From Diplonema japonicum (lineage: Eukaryota > Protista > Euglenozoa: Diplonemea), in the NCBI GenBank assembly GCA_964019335.1, contig OZ025741.1, forward strand, positions 186,001-250,000: DNA of 64,000 bases. Reading direction: 5' to 3'. This document shows, piece after piece, positions 22,827 to 34,500 of the stretch. The first letter of the stretch is position 1. Every line of letters begins with the position of its first letter. Both the position numbers and the translations under genes were made by a program. The notes beneath the pieces are model-generated. The model saw only the letters and a list, made by a program, of their open reading frames with translations, had not been told where the DNA came from and did no database searches.

Positions 22827-23690
22827 CTATGCATCACTGCTTGTCAGTGCCGCTATGGCCTGGGAGAGATCATCATACTCATCTGCTTGATTTCCTGTGG
22901 TAACCTGGGTGTTGCAACTGCTAGTGTCGGTGAAGAGGTCCCAGTTGTATGAGGTTTTTGTAAAGATTTTGTTGTTCTGCAACTGTTCATGTCCCACCCC
23001 CCGCTGCTGCATAGATTGCGGTTCCTGTGGGAGCTGGATGGCCCCTGCCGCCATTGCAGCTGCTGCAAGTGCCGCTGTCTGTGGCTCCTTCCCGTACCCG
23101 TGGGTCGTGAGATTGTTCATTGCGATGAACTGAGCAAGGGCGGCGCTCTGCCCAGGCTGCGGAACAGCCAACGCAGCCCCCTGCACATTTTGCGGGTTTG
23201 GGTTTGGCTTCAGTACTGCAGTTTGGTTAGTTTGGGTAGGCTGCTGCGGTGTAGGCTGCTGTGGTGTAGGCTGCTGCGGTGTAGGCTGCTGTGGTGTAGG
23301 CTGCTGTGGTGCGGGATGCTGTGCGGGCTGCTGCGGTGCAGGCTGCTGGACCACCTGTGGGACTTGCGGGATTTGAATCTGTTGCTGTTGCTGTCTCTGT
23401 GCTTGAGGCGGTGCAGGCGATGCTGCCTGCAAAGGAGCAGCAGCAGCAGCAGGCTTCTGAACCAAGACATGGTTCTGCGGGACAAGAATACGCGTCTGTT
23501 GAGGTTCTACCGATTGCAGCATAGGGATCTGCTGCTGCACCAGCTGGAACTGCTGCTGTTGCGGCTGCTGGATAAGAACCTGCTGGACGGCCTGCCTTTG
23601 AACAGGGATGACGGCCATTGGCTGCTGCAAGGCTTGGACGCCCTGCTGGCCCCTCTGAACGGTCTGCGGGACCGCGACAAATTGAATGTT

Positions 23691-23732
<42 letters not shown>

Positions 23733-23829
23733 TGGCAATGCGTTAACTTGTTGGACGGCCTGCATTGGTATGTTAACCAGTTGCTGTGCGGGCTGCCTCT
23801 GCACCATCATGGGTACCAGTTGCCTCACT

Positions 23830-23860
<31 letters not shown>

Positions 23861-23948
23861 GTGCCAACACATGCGTGCCCATAGGTGCAAACATGACAGG
23901 AACGGTAGACGGCATAGCCTCCCTCCTCTGTGCTTCAACTGCTGCCAT
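22827..23948 (-). CDS. Glutamine/proline-rich low-complexity protein (373 aa) with QQPTP repeats
   Basis: ATG ORF with polyQ tracts, 15-bp tandem repeats at 23230-23340 and an acidic C-terminus. Confidence 0.8.
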
Positions 23949-23956
23949 TTCCTTAA

Positions 23957-23996
<40 letters not shown>

Positions 23997-24830
23997 TGTG
24001 TTTTTTGTTGTTGTTGTTGTTGTTGTTGTTGTTGGAGTCGTGTGTGTTCTTTTTTTTTTTCTCTTCTATTTTTTTTCACCCTTTCCTTTTTTTTGGTTTT
24101 GTGGTGGCTGGGTGATGCAATGTGAAGGACGCGACGCTTTGGAGAATTATTTTTCTTTTAAAAAGAAAAGTAAAGTTGACAATATCTTTTGGACCAGTAA
24201 GAGGGAAGGGGGAGGGAAGGGGGGAAGAGAGAAGAAAAGAGAGGGAAGAGGGGGAAGCTAAAAAAAAAAAAGAACGAAAAAAAGAAAAAAAGGGAGGGGA
24301 AAAAGATACCTACACCTACCAACAAATATGGGAAAGGAAAATAGAAGAAGAAAAAAAAAATTGTTTCTAGAGCTTCAGCTATGGTGTTTCTTCTTCTGTT
24401 TTTCTCTCTTTTTTGTTTCTCATACTTTTTTTTTCTCTTTCCCTATACTTCCTGCCCCCCCCCCCCCCCCCCCTGCTCTACTAATTTGCTCTGATCCAGC
24501 AAATGAACAATTCTTTTTGAACTTTTCTTTTTTTTTTTGGAGTGGGAGAAACGGCATCATAAAATTGGTGAATAACTTTCGCAGTGTAGTTGTCCCACTT
24601 AGATACCTGCCTGTCTCTTTTCTTGTGATTTTACAAAAAAAAAAAAAAACTCATCCCTCAAGAAAAAAAAAGGAGAAGAAAAAAAGGAAAAAGGGAAGGA
24701 AAGCCTTAAGTAATACAAACAATCATAGGGGCAACACACTAGATACAGTATTTCTTTTTTTTTGTTCAAAAAAAAAAAAAAAAAAAAAAATACCCTGTGG
24801 TATCTAAATGAAAAAAAAAAAAAAAAAATA

Positions 24831-26408
24831 TACTGTAAGACGAAAAACTCCCGGACGGAAAAATGTCCGAGTTTTTTTTGGCGTCCGGGGATTTTTTTTA
24901 GGTAAGGCCGTCAGGGGGCCTGGTCCACTACCACCTACATACTGGCCTGGGCTGCAAACGGCAACCGCGCGAAGAAACCCCCAGGGTTCCCTTTCTGCAT
25001 CTTTGTCCTCCCTTGCTGCCCTGAGGCAATCAGCTTGTCGAGCCTTCGTGTGGCCTACTACCTTTCTTAATAGATGCTTTACAGCTGCGTTCAACCCAAT
25101 ATCCATCGGTTGAACCATGTAGGTGAGCCCAAGGGGACAAAAGCAATGTGCACGTTTGCGCCTGCGAACAACTCTACGAACCCATAGGCATAGGTCGTGT
25201 GAGAGTTGTGGTCGCCGACAAGCAGCAGAATCGGCCCGTTCGGCAAAACCATGGGAATCGATGATTTATAGCAAAAAGGAAGAAACAGCTCCGTAACCCA
25301 GATACCGAGTATCATAATTAGCCCAATGATTGGGCGATGCCGCTAGGCATTCGGTGGGCGGGTGCTTGACCGGGGCACGGATAATCCCTGCCGGTTGCGT
25401 TTCCGCTTTGCCTTTGTATTTAACCATCCAGCCAAGGAAACAGCCAGCTGTTCGGTTATAGCCCGTTTTGTCCCCCAAGCCACGGACTTTTACGACCTTA
25501 GCACCCCGTATTCCAGACCAATTCCGGCCTTACTTTATGGGTGTCGATTATGGACCTGAATTCCATGGTGAAACAGCGTGCCTTCTCGTTGTCCTTCTCG
25601 TTTCCGGGCTTTCCGGAGGTGGCTTGCGGCTTTTGTCTTTCTTGCTGCAAAATTTTGTCAGCCTAGCCAGTGGAAAAGGACAGTGCCCCACCAAAGTCTA
25701 CCAGGTCTGTCTTTCGGGCTGGATTGGCGCACAGCAGCCCTTCTGCATAGGTGCATATTTGTTCTGGGATAGGCTCACCAAGCCCGTTTACCTATCGACT
25801 CAAGCAAAAACCTTTCAGCCCCCGAAGGATGCTAAATCCCGTATTGGGCGATACGCAGCTATCACGGCGTCGCGGCGGCCAGGGTGTGGTAGGGTGGAAT
25901 AGCAACGTCCAGTATTTCCGTCTGGAAGAAACCGGGGGCTCTGTTGAACCTGTTGACCGAGGCAGAGGCCGCCAAGCTGCTTTCGGGGGTTTGTACTGGC
26001 CCGGTGTAAGGAGTTTATCTCCTCCACCTCTCGGGGGTGAGCTGGCCGGGGGTGTCAGCACCAAAGTTGGGCCCCTCACAAGCCAGCTGCTCAACGTGCC
26101 TTGGGTAGTCGAACTGGTCAATCTGACGAAAGAAGTACGGGTTTATGAGAAGTTAAAGATCCCGTGGGTGCTGTTTGTTGGTGCATTGAAAGGGGAAGAA
26201 AAATTCAAACTGCCACGCAGGGTGACATTTTGGCTCTGCACAAGGAATAAAGCCCTTCCAGGCAAACGTGGTGGGAGCTGCTACCCCCCTTAAGTAAAAA
26301 AACTTCTTCCAGAAAAACTCCCGGACGGAAAAATGTCCGGGTTTTTTTGGTGTCCGGGAGTTTTTCCGTCCGAGAATCTTTCCGTCCGACATTATTCGTT
26401 TTACAGTA
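24831..26408 (-). mobile_element. Decayed pogo/Tigger-type (Tc1-mariner superfamily) DNA transposon
   Basis: TA-flanked TIRs tactgtaa(g/a)acgaa with subterminal ccggacggaaaaa repeats; frameshifted DDE_1 remnants PILLLVGDHNSH, NVHIAFVP and VQPMDIGLNAAVK. Confidence 0.85.
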
Positions 26409-26904
26409 TATAAAAAAAGAAAGAAAAACCCCTTTGTTCGAAGACTAGGGGTTCATTCTTCTTTTCTTTTCTTTTCTTTTCTTTTTTTCTTTTTTTTCTT
26501 TCCCTCGTTTATTCTTTTTATTTTCTACCGGAAAAGAGAGCACAAAGAAACAACTAGGAAGGAGGAGGGGATAAGGGGACAAAAAGGCATCTCCTGTTTT
26601 TTTTTTCTTTTCTTTTTTTTTTTCTTTTTTCCTTCTTTCCTCTTTTTTTTTTTTTTTTTTTTACGTCCCCCTTCTGTTCAGACAAGTTTAAAAAGACTCG
26701 TTCTTGCAAAAAAAGAGAAAAAAGGAAGAAGAAAATGGGGAAGGGGAATTCACACAGGAGGGAAGGGGACGAAACAAAGAAAAGAAAAAAAAAACCCCAA
26801 TTTCACAAAGCCGTTTCCCTTGAGTCACGCATTTAGAACGCAGGAGTGAGCCAACCGCCTCATGAACCGAAATAGTACTGGCGGTGGAGCAGATTTTGTT
26901 GCAA

Positions 26905-26941
<37 letters not shown>

Positions 26942-27045
26942 TTCTCCACTTCTTGTAAAAACAAGTAGGCATCCGCCCTTTCGGGTTGACCAAAAAAAAA
27001 AAAAAAAAAGGTTTTACTTTTTTCTTCCTCCAAAATCTTTTCCCT

Positions 27046-27097
<52 letters not shown>

Positions 27098-27102
27098 TTT
27101 TT

Positions 27103-27786
27103 TTTATTTCACTCTTCAGAAATTACTTCACGCACTGGGGGGCCCATTACTTCACGCTAAATCTCATTACTTCACGGTGAAATAATGGCCTGTTTTCCGT
27201 GAAGTAATAGGGGGTTTCCGTTAAATAATATGCCTCGGTAGGCCAATTTTTGCCTCGGTTCGGTTCCCAGTGGGGCTACTTTTTCCTCTCAGTTTGCTAT
27301 TTCCCCCCCAGGTTCAGCTCAATTGGCCAACTTTTGCCTCGGCTCAGTTCCAAGTTGGACTACTTTTTCCTCCCAATTTGCCCACTTTTGGCTAGGCCTT
27401 GTTCCCAGTTTCTGGGGGTAACTCTTCTGTGGGTAAGGGTAACTTAGTCAGCTTACCCAAGCTCCCCAAATGACTTCAAAATACCGAAGCAGCAGAAAAA
27501 AAGGAGCCAGCGGCCGCGCCAGGTATGGGAAGGCCTGATTAGAGATGGTGACAGTGGCAATGCCAGCGACAGCGGCAGCTCTTAGTCAACAAAAGGAGGG
27601 AAAACAACTTGTATTGTAACTTTGTAACCCCTCTCTTGTTGTACCCCTTGTCACCCTGTTGTGCCCCTCGTGGTGAAGTAATTTCAGAGTGTCGTGAAAT
27701 AAAACCACTTACCTACCGCCAAGTAATGCTTTACCGACCTCTCGAGGTAACGGTAAAGTCATTACTTGTTGGCAGTAAATAGCTAT
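27103..27786 (+). mobile_element. Non-autonomous element family B, copy 2
   Basis: Reverse complement of 15975-16652; a degenerate third copy lies at ~43325-43470. Confidence 0.85.
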
Positions 27787-27926
27787 TTTTCCTCCTTCTC
27801 GATTCGCCTCTTTTTCTTTTTATTTTCCCTACTCAAAAGAAAAAAAAAAATTCTATTTGTCAAAAAAGAAAAAGAAGTTATTAAATAAAAAAAAAAAATA
27901 ATAATAATTAAAAACTGCTGGTTTAA

Positions 27927-28164
27927 CCACTAAACCCTCATGTCATATAGAAGAAGAATCCATAGACGAGAAAATTAAGCAAAATAGGTGCGTTGTCAAT
28001 CATTGCATGGGTCTCAGAAAGTCTTCCGTCAACGAATGTTCCACCTGTGGCAAGTGTCTTTGTGCCACACTTTGCTTTCGGCTTGACAGTGAAATACTAA
28101 ATCTGGGCTAGAATAGTGAAGGATTTCTTTTTTTTTTCGGTTTTTTAGCCTGTGGGCTTAGTGG
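27927..28164 (+). mobile_element. piggyBac-derived MITE (238 bp)
   Basis: TTAA on both sides; 14-bp TIR ccactaa(a/g)ccc(t/a)ca; internal remnant CVVNHC...ECSTCGKCLCATLCF of the piggyBac Cys-rich domain. Confidence 0.85.
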
Positions 28165-28500
28165 TTAAAGAGAACAAAAAAATGGAAAATCACATGAAAA
28201 AATAAAATAAAAAAAGAAGGGGGCAGAGAACGGGGGAGAGAGAGATTTTTTTTTCTATTTTTTTTAAAGGCCCCTCTTTTCTTTTAAAAAAAAAAATACT
28301 ACCAATTTTGAAAAAAAAAAAAAAAAAAAAAAGTGAAGAGCAAAAAAACAGAAAAACAAAAAAATGTTATTTAAAAAAAGAAATATCAAAAGGTGCAAAA
28401 AAGAGGGGGGGGGGGGGGAATGGGGAAAATCTATATTTTTTTTCTTTGTTCTTTTTTTTATTTTTTTATTTAAAAAATCTTTTTTTTTTTTGAAATTCTT

Positions 28501-31500
28501 CTACTCTTTGCTTTTTTTCTCTTTGCGGCTGTGCGACCGGTGCTTCTTGGGGGTCTTCTTTCTGTCATCAGCGTCCTCATCCTTGTCCTTGTCTTTCCCT
28601 TCCTTACGACGCGATCTCCTAATTTTTTTTTTATAAAAAAAAGAGAAAAAAATTTGATAAATTTCGGTGTGCGGGTGGGTGCTCACCGTTCAGGGAGAAA
28701 TTCACACTAATCGGTCACCGTTCTGCGGTTGCTGTCTGGTGCCTGCGGTGGCTGTTTGTCGCGATGAGATGGACGGCATCTGGGCGAGAAACATTGCTTG
28801 GAGTCGTGCTAGGTAGGGGGCGGTTTGGCTCGAGGAGAAGAGTGGTCTCCTGTCGTAGCCGTGTGTCGTCGGGCCCCCAAGATGTCGAAGGGTGTGTACC
28901 CTTGTCTTTGCGTTGGCGGGGAAAGCATTCTTCCCACTCTTTGCTGTGCATTTCTGAATACGTCCTAAGATGTATCGCATCCTTCCAGCCTTCTCTGTGA
29001 GCCAGTCCTGGTCGTCGAGGGGTCCAGCCAAGGACTGCCGGGTGGCCTGCTCATAGTCTACTGCGAGCTCCATCGTCGTGACGGACGTCAACTTCCTACC
29101 TGCGTACCATCTTAGGCTTTTCAGCCACCTGAGGACGCTCTTCATGTAGAACATTAGGACCTTTCCCGACGCTCCGTTCGATTTCAACAGCTCCACTGTG
29201 GGCACAGTGTGCTGCTTCCCCGTTGTGATCTCATCCCACGGGTTGGTGGTGAGGATTCTGGTGCTCCGTTCAGCCGCTCTGGCGTCTCGTCTTGACACGA
29301 CATCCAACAGGTATCGTTGCACGACTGCCGCCTGTTGCTTCGCAGCCCCCGTTGCGCCCCTTGGAATGATCCCGTGGAGGGCGGTCACTGCAGGTAGGTC
29401 ACTTCGTGTCATCCCGCCATATCTTTCGTTTGTCAGGGCAGCTCTCGCTGGTGCACATTCCCATAGGGCGTGCTCCGTGACTTCTGTCGTCGTCTGGCAT
29501 CGATGGTCGCAGACGTCGCACGCAAGAGACGAGCTTTCCACACCCTCACGTTCATCCAATTGCTTCCCCCACACTCGAGGGTGTACCGTGAACACTGCAC
29601 CGCTGATGATCCGCCGCAGTCTGTACGATATCAGCGGTCTCCGTGACTGGAGCTTCCTCCACCGGGCGTTCGTGGACGGACATGCACCCGCTTCCATTCC
29701 AGCAAAAGACGACCTGCCGTGGATCAATTCCTTTGCAACAGCCGGTCTGATCGCCTGTCTTACTTCATGGCGTCTCGCACTGGGCACCAGAGCGCGCAAA
29801 CCTTCAATGAAGGACCACCCCTTGTTCAGGAAGGGTAGCCACCTCTTCAGCAAGACCCCTAGCGGCCCCCTCTCCTCGTCGTCCTCTCGCTCCCGGTACA
29901 GTGTAACAATCTCATTGACTCGCTGCCACAGTTGTGGGGAGGTGAGGCTTTCTCGCACCAGGCAGTTCACCGTGTTGTAAACAATCTTCGCTTGTGGATA
30001 TGCTGTGTGTCCAGGTAACAGCACATTGAGCACAGCCATCGGGGATCTCATCCTGAAGCGCGGTCCCCATAGGGAAGTCACCGTCGCTGTACAGAGCTTC
30101 TTCAGCTGGTTGTCAGACGGCGCAGCGTAGGTCGTACCGTATAGACAGGATGGTAGCACAGTGCCCGTCAGCATTGACGCCTTGTTCCCGAAGCTTAATG
30201 GCAATGCACCAAGCCGGGACAAACGGCCTTCGGCGGAATGTAGCTTGTCCAAACTATGTTTCCCGTTCATGTTCAGGATCACGCCAAGCGCCTTGATCCC
30301 CTTCGTCACTCTGAACGATGAGCCTGTGCACTTCAACCAAGGGCCGATCTCATCCTTCGTCGAGAATGCTTGTGACTTGTTTTCGTTAAGGCGCATGCCT
30401 GTCCGCTCGCAAAACTCGATTGTTTTGTTGGTCGCTCTCTTGAGTACCTCGACCAAACGCGCAAGTAGGTACGCGTCGTCCGCGTACGACAGCGATCGCG
30501 AGCCAGGTACCTCAGCAATCACGCACTTCACCATCACTGACACCAGAGCGTTCACCAGGATGACGGAGATTGGACACCCTTGGAGAATTCCATTTGTCAC
30601 GTGGAACTCGGAACCCACGCCAGTAGGGAAGCGGAAACGTCTTTTGAGGCCTGCGTACATCGCTTTGAGCGGGGTCAGTATCCTCTGGTGCAAACCCAGG
30701 TCTTGCATAAGCCCGAACGCTACTTTCTGTGGCACCCTGTCGAAGCACTTGACGAAGTCCAGTGCTATGCCGTTAAGAGGGGTGTTGGTCAGCATCGCCG
30801 TCTCCAGCTGCGTGCTGAGCTCCATCAGGATGCTGTCCGTCCCGTGACGTGGTCGAAAACCATGCTGCGAGTCGTCCGCCCATTTCTCTTGCCATGGCGA
30901 TATATCACGCAACCTGGCACAGGCCCACAGTCTGTAGACCGCACTCGTGACTGTGATGGGGCGGTGGTTGAGCGGAGTCCTCTCGCCTCCCTTCGGGATC
31001 AGCGTAACCAACGCCGTCAGGAGTGCCTTCGGCCACTTCCCTGTCACCTCGATGGCGTTGAAGAGCATCGCCCACGCATCCAACAATACATTTGGCATAG
31101 CGCGAAGTTCTGCCATCCTCCACCCATCAACTCCCGGTGCTGTCCTCGTCGATTTCTTGGCCAGAACTGCTCTCAGATCAGCCCCTGTCAGTGGCTGGAG
31201 CACCATGTCATGCGTCGAGATGTATGGCCCGTATCTAGCCTTGAAGGCCTCGTACGATGGTTCTTCATGCCCTTCACCGTACATCTGGAGCACGCCGTCC
31301 CATTCCGCGTGCATCATCCTGTCCATCTCGTCGAGGTCTGCGGTCAGCACTCCGCCGCTCTCCACTGCCTGCGCCGCTGACGTAGAAGTGTTTTTCACAA
31401 AGGCGGTCATCCCCCTCCGCTCCTCCTGGAACTGGGTGTTGATCCTCGCCTCGTACTTCTTCTCCCGCTCCACTCTCGTGTCCTTTGCGATCTCGCGTAG

Positions 31501-34500
31501 TAGCGAGGAGAGGTTGTCGTCTAGCAGTTGAAGTCTGGTGACAATCGACTCCAGGTCATCCTTCAGCAAGTTCCTATCAAACACTGGAGGGTTCGGCAGT
31601 TTCTCCAGCAAACTCAGAGCATTCGCCCAAGTCTTCAACAGAACTACTGGCATGTTGCACACTTGTCCCTTGTCAATCATCACCTGGATTTCCGCGCTGA
31701 TGTGTGCAAGCTTCCTCTGCAAACAGGCAATCGACTTCTGTCTACCCACCGCTGCGCCCGTGGCTTCCTTTACAGACTTGGCCGACAGGCATTTCTCCTT
31801 GGGTTTGCGCTCCTCGCCCCTCCCTCGGAAAGTCTTCTGTTGCTCCATCGGCACGCCTGTGATGCAGTGTCTTTCCGAGACGTCAGCCAGCACACGGTAT
31901 GCGCCGTCGATGTCCTCAAGTTTTTGGATGAATCTCTCCGCCTGTAGCAGCTCAATCACGTGGAAAAAAAAAAAAAAAAAACCACAAAATACCTTTCCTT
32001 CTTCTCCTTCGGTGAATCTTCTGCCTCAGATCCCCTCCTCCTTCTAGACTTGTGGGAGCTCGATCTCCTCCGCCTTCTCTCACCGTGACCCTCTTGTTCA
32101 CTGTCAGATTGTTCAGGCTTTTTATCCACAACGTGAGAAGGAACTGAAGGTGTCCCCAACGAACCGAATTTACTAGACATATCCAGTCCGTCAGCAGCCT
32201 GTGTGGGCGGGTCGTGGCTGGACAATGCAGTAGGTGGCTTTTTGTGGAACGAAGAAGACCCCACAAGGTGGCTGTTAGTCACACTGCTCAAAGGGTACTG
32301 CGCGGTAGGCTGCTGTGGTGGAGCTTGTTGCGCTGGCTGTTGCTGCCCCATCACACCCAACCCGGAACTACCTGTAGCCGACGACATCCTCTGGAAGCCC
32401 ATAGCGTTGGTGTTTCCAAGAACGGTGCTTGGGTTGCTTGTTTGAAGAAGCTGCTGGTTCGTCCCACCAGTGTGGTTCATATCCTGCGCAACGGGTCCTT
32501 TCTCCTCATCACGGTCGTTGAAGGACGGGGTGGCTGTTTTAACATTCGATATCACACCGGTTCCAGACCGTTCTCTGTTTATAAACTCCCACAGGTTGAT
32601 AACAGGATAGAACACATCAACACATGAAGTACACATTTGACCCTGGCCTTGCTGCGAACCGCCCATCATGGGCCTCATTCCTTGAACACCAATCTGGGCT
32701 TGTTCCTGGGTCATCTTCATGCAGAATGTGAACGGGAATAGCAGGATTTGGATGAACAGCCAGATCATCGGCCAGCATATGACACCCGCGATCAGGAAGA
32801 CGGAGACAAGGTACGACACGTCGAAATCGTCAAAGAAGTCCGAGGCAGGCCCGTCCTTGAAAAAGGATCTGAACCCGAGGTAGAAGTACAGCTCGTTGCA
32901 CAGCACGAAGAACATCCACAACGAGATGGCACCGTGGATGATCTGCACCATCGCCTTTAAAAAGATTTTTTTTATTTTTAAAAATAAATACCTTGAACTC
33001 CACGGCTTCTGGTGACGCGCTCATCTCCCCCGACGGGCACTTCATCCAAATATATCCGTAGAAGCACAGAGCAAGCCCCACATACAGCGTCACGAGGAAG
33101 TACAGCATCGCGCGGAAACTTTGCGCTCTGTGAAAAAAAAGAAATAAAAATATATAAGAGCCCCTCGAATCATCTTTATTTGGGCAGTGGAGGGGGGGGG
33201 GGGGGGGCTCCAATTTGGAAAACGCTTATTTGGGTTGGGGCTTGCCACATGGAAAACAGGGAGCGGGGCTTGAGCTCTCCCAGGCTGTGTGTGGAGAACC
33301 CAACAAACCGCCTGGTTTTGGCGTTAGGTGGTTGCGGAGGTTGCGCGGTTAGACAGAGTCGGTGGACGGAGTGCAGGAACTTAAAGAAGCGTGCAGCTTC
33401 AAGCATCCTCTCCGCCACCGGTTTCCCTTCAGCCTGCTGACCTTCTTCTCGCTAAGGTCTTGCCTCTTGAGGAGGAGGCGAAGACCTTGTCAGGCAGCAC
33501 ATTGCTGTTGACGGGGTTGGATTGGAGGATCTTCTTTTGGAGAAGTGCCCGGGCCTGCAGGTTGGTGCAGGGCTTTTTTTCTTCCCGCAACCTGCGGATC
33601 TCGTCCCCCGCTTCTTTTTCCTGTTCAGGAAACTGTGGGGGTCTCCCGCCTCCTGGGGCTCCTCCTCACCCTCGCCTCGGCGTCGCGGCTGTTGTACAAG
33701 TCGATGTACGCTTGCTCATTTGCCTTAATTCACGCCTGCTGAAGGCGTACCTCCGACACCGTCTCCGCACCCGCCGTCTTGCACAAGGCAATTATCCAGA
33801 GCTTCTCCACACGGTGTACTCACGGCGTTTCCTCTTCCTGTCCTCCTGCTCCTGCTCCTCCTCCTCAGGCACCTGCCATCTCGTCCTCAACAGCTTCGAA
33901 CGGGTTTGCGTTCAACTGCCCGAAACTGCCCACATTATTGGGAGTGAATTATTCGCCCCCCCCTCCACCCCCTTTATTTTTTTAAAAAAAAATACCTTGC
34001 TGCGTAGTACATCATGAACACGGGGTCGTGGGTCTTGCAGATCTTGCCGCCCGACCCGACAACCTCGACAGAACCCAGCTGGCAGACATCATAGCTGAAG
34101 TCGGAGCTCGCCTGCAGAATCGTACCAGAACGGAAGGTGGTGGTCGAGGTATCGTTGTCATCACCCGGACATATACATTCGGGGACTGGCGTGGGCGCAA
34201 TAGTATCAGGTGCCGCAGTATCGGGCGCTGGTGTGTCAGGTGCAGGGGTATCGGGCGCTGGTGTGTCAGGTGCAGGGGTATCGGGCGCTGGTGTGTCAGG
34301 AGCCGGTGTTTTAGGGGCAGGGGTATCAGGCGCTGTTGTATCAGGCGCCGGTGTGTTTGGAGCAGGAGTAGCGGGAGCATTGGTATCGGGAGCGTTCGTA
34401 TCAGGAGCATTGGTCGCAGGCGCGGCCGTTACATCACGAAGCAGCAAGCTCGCGTTCAGAACTGAGTTCAACAAGGCTTGGAAACGCTTTTCCTCGCTCT

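Noticed and set aside
23686-24261. Poly-Cys ORF on the plus strand
   Set aside because: Antisense of the CAG/CAA polyQ tracts.
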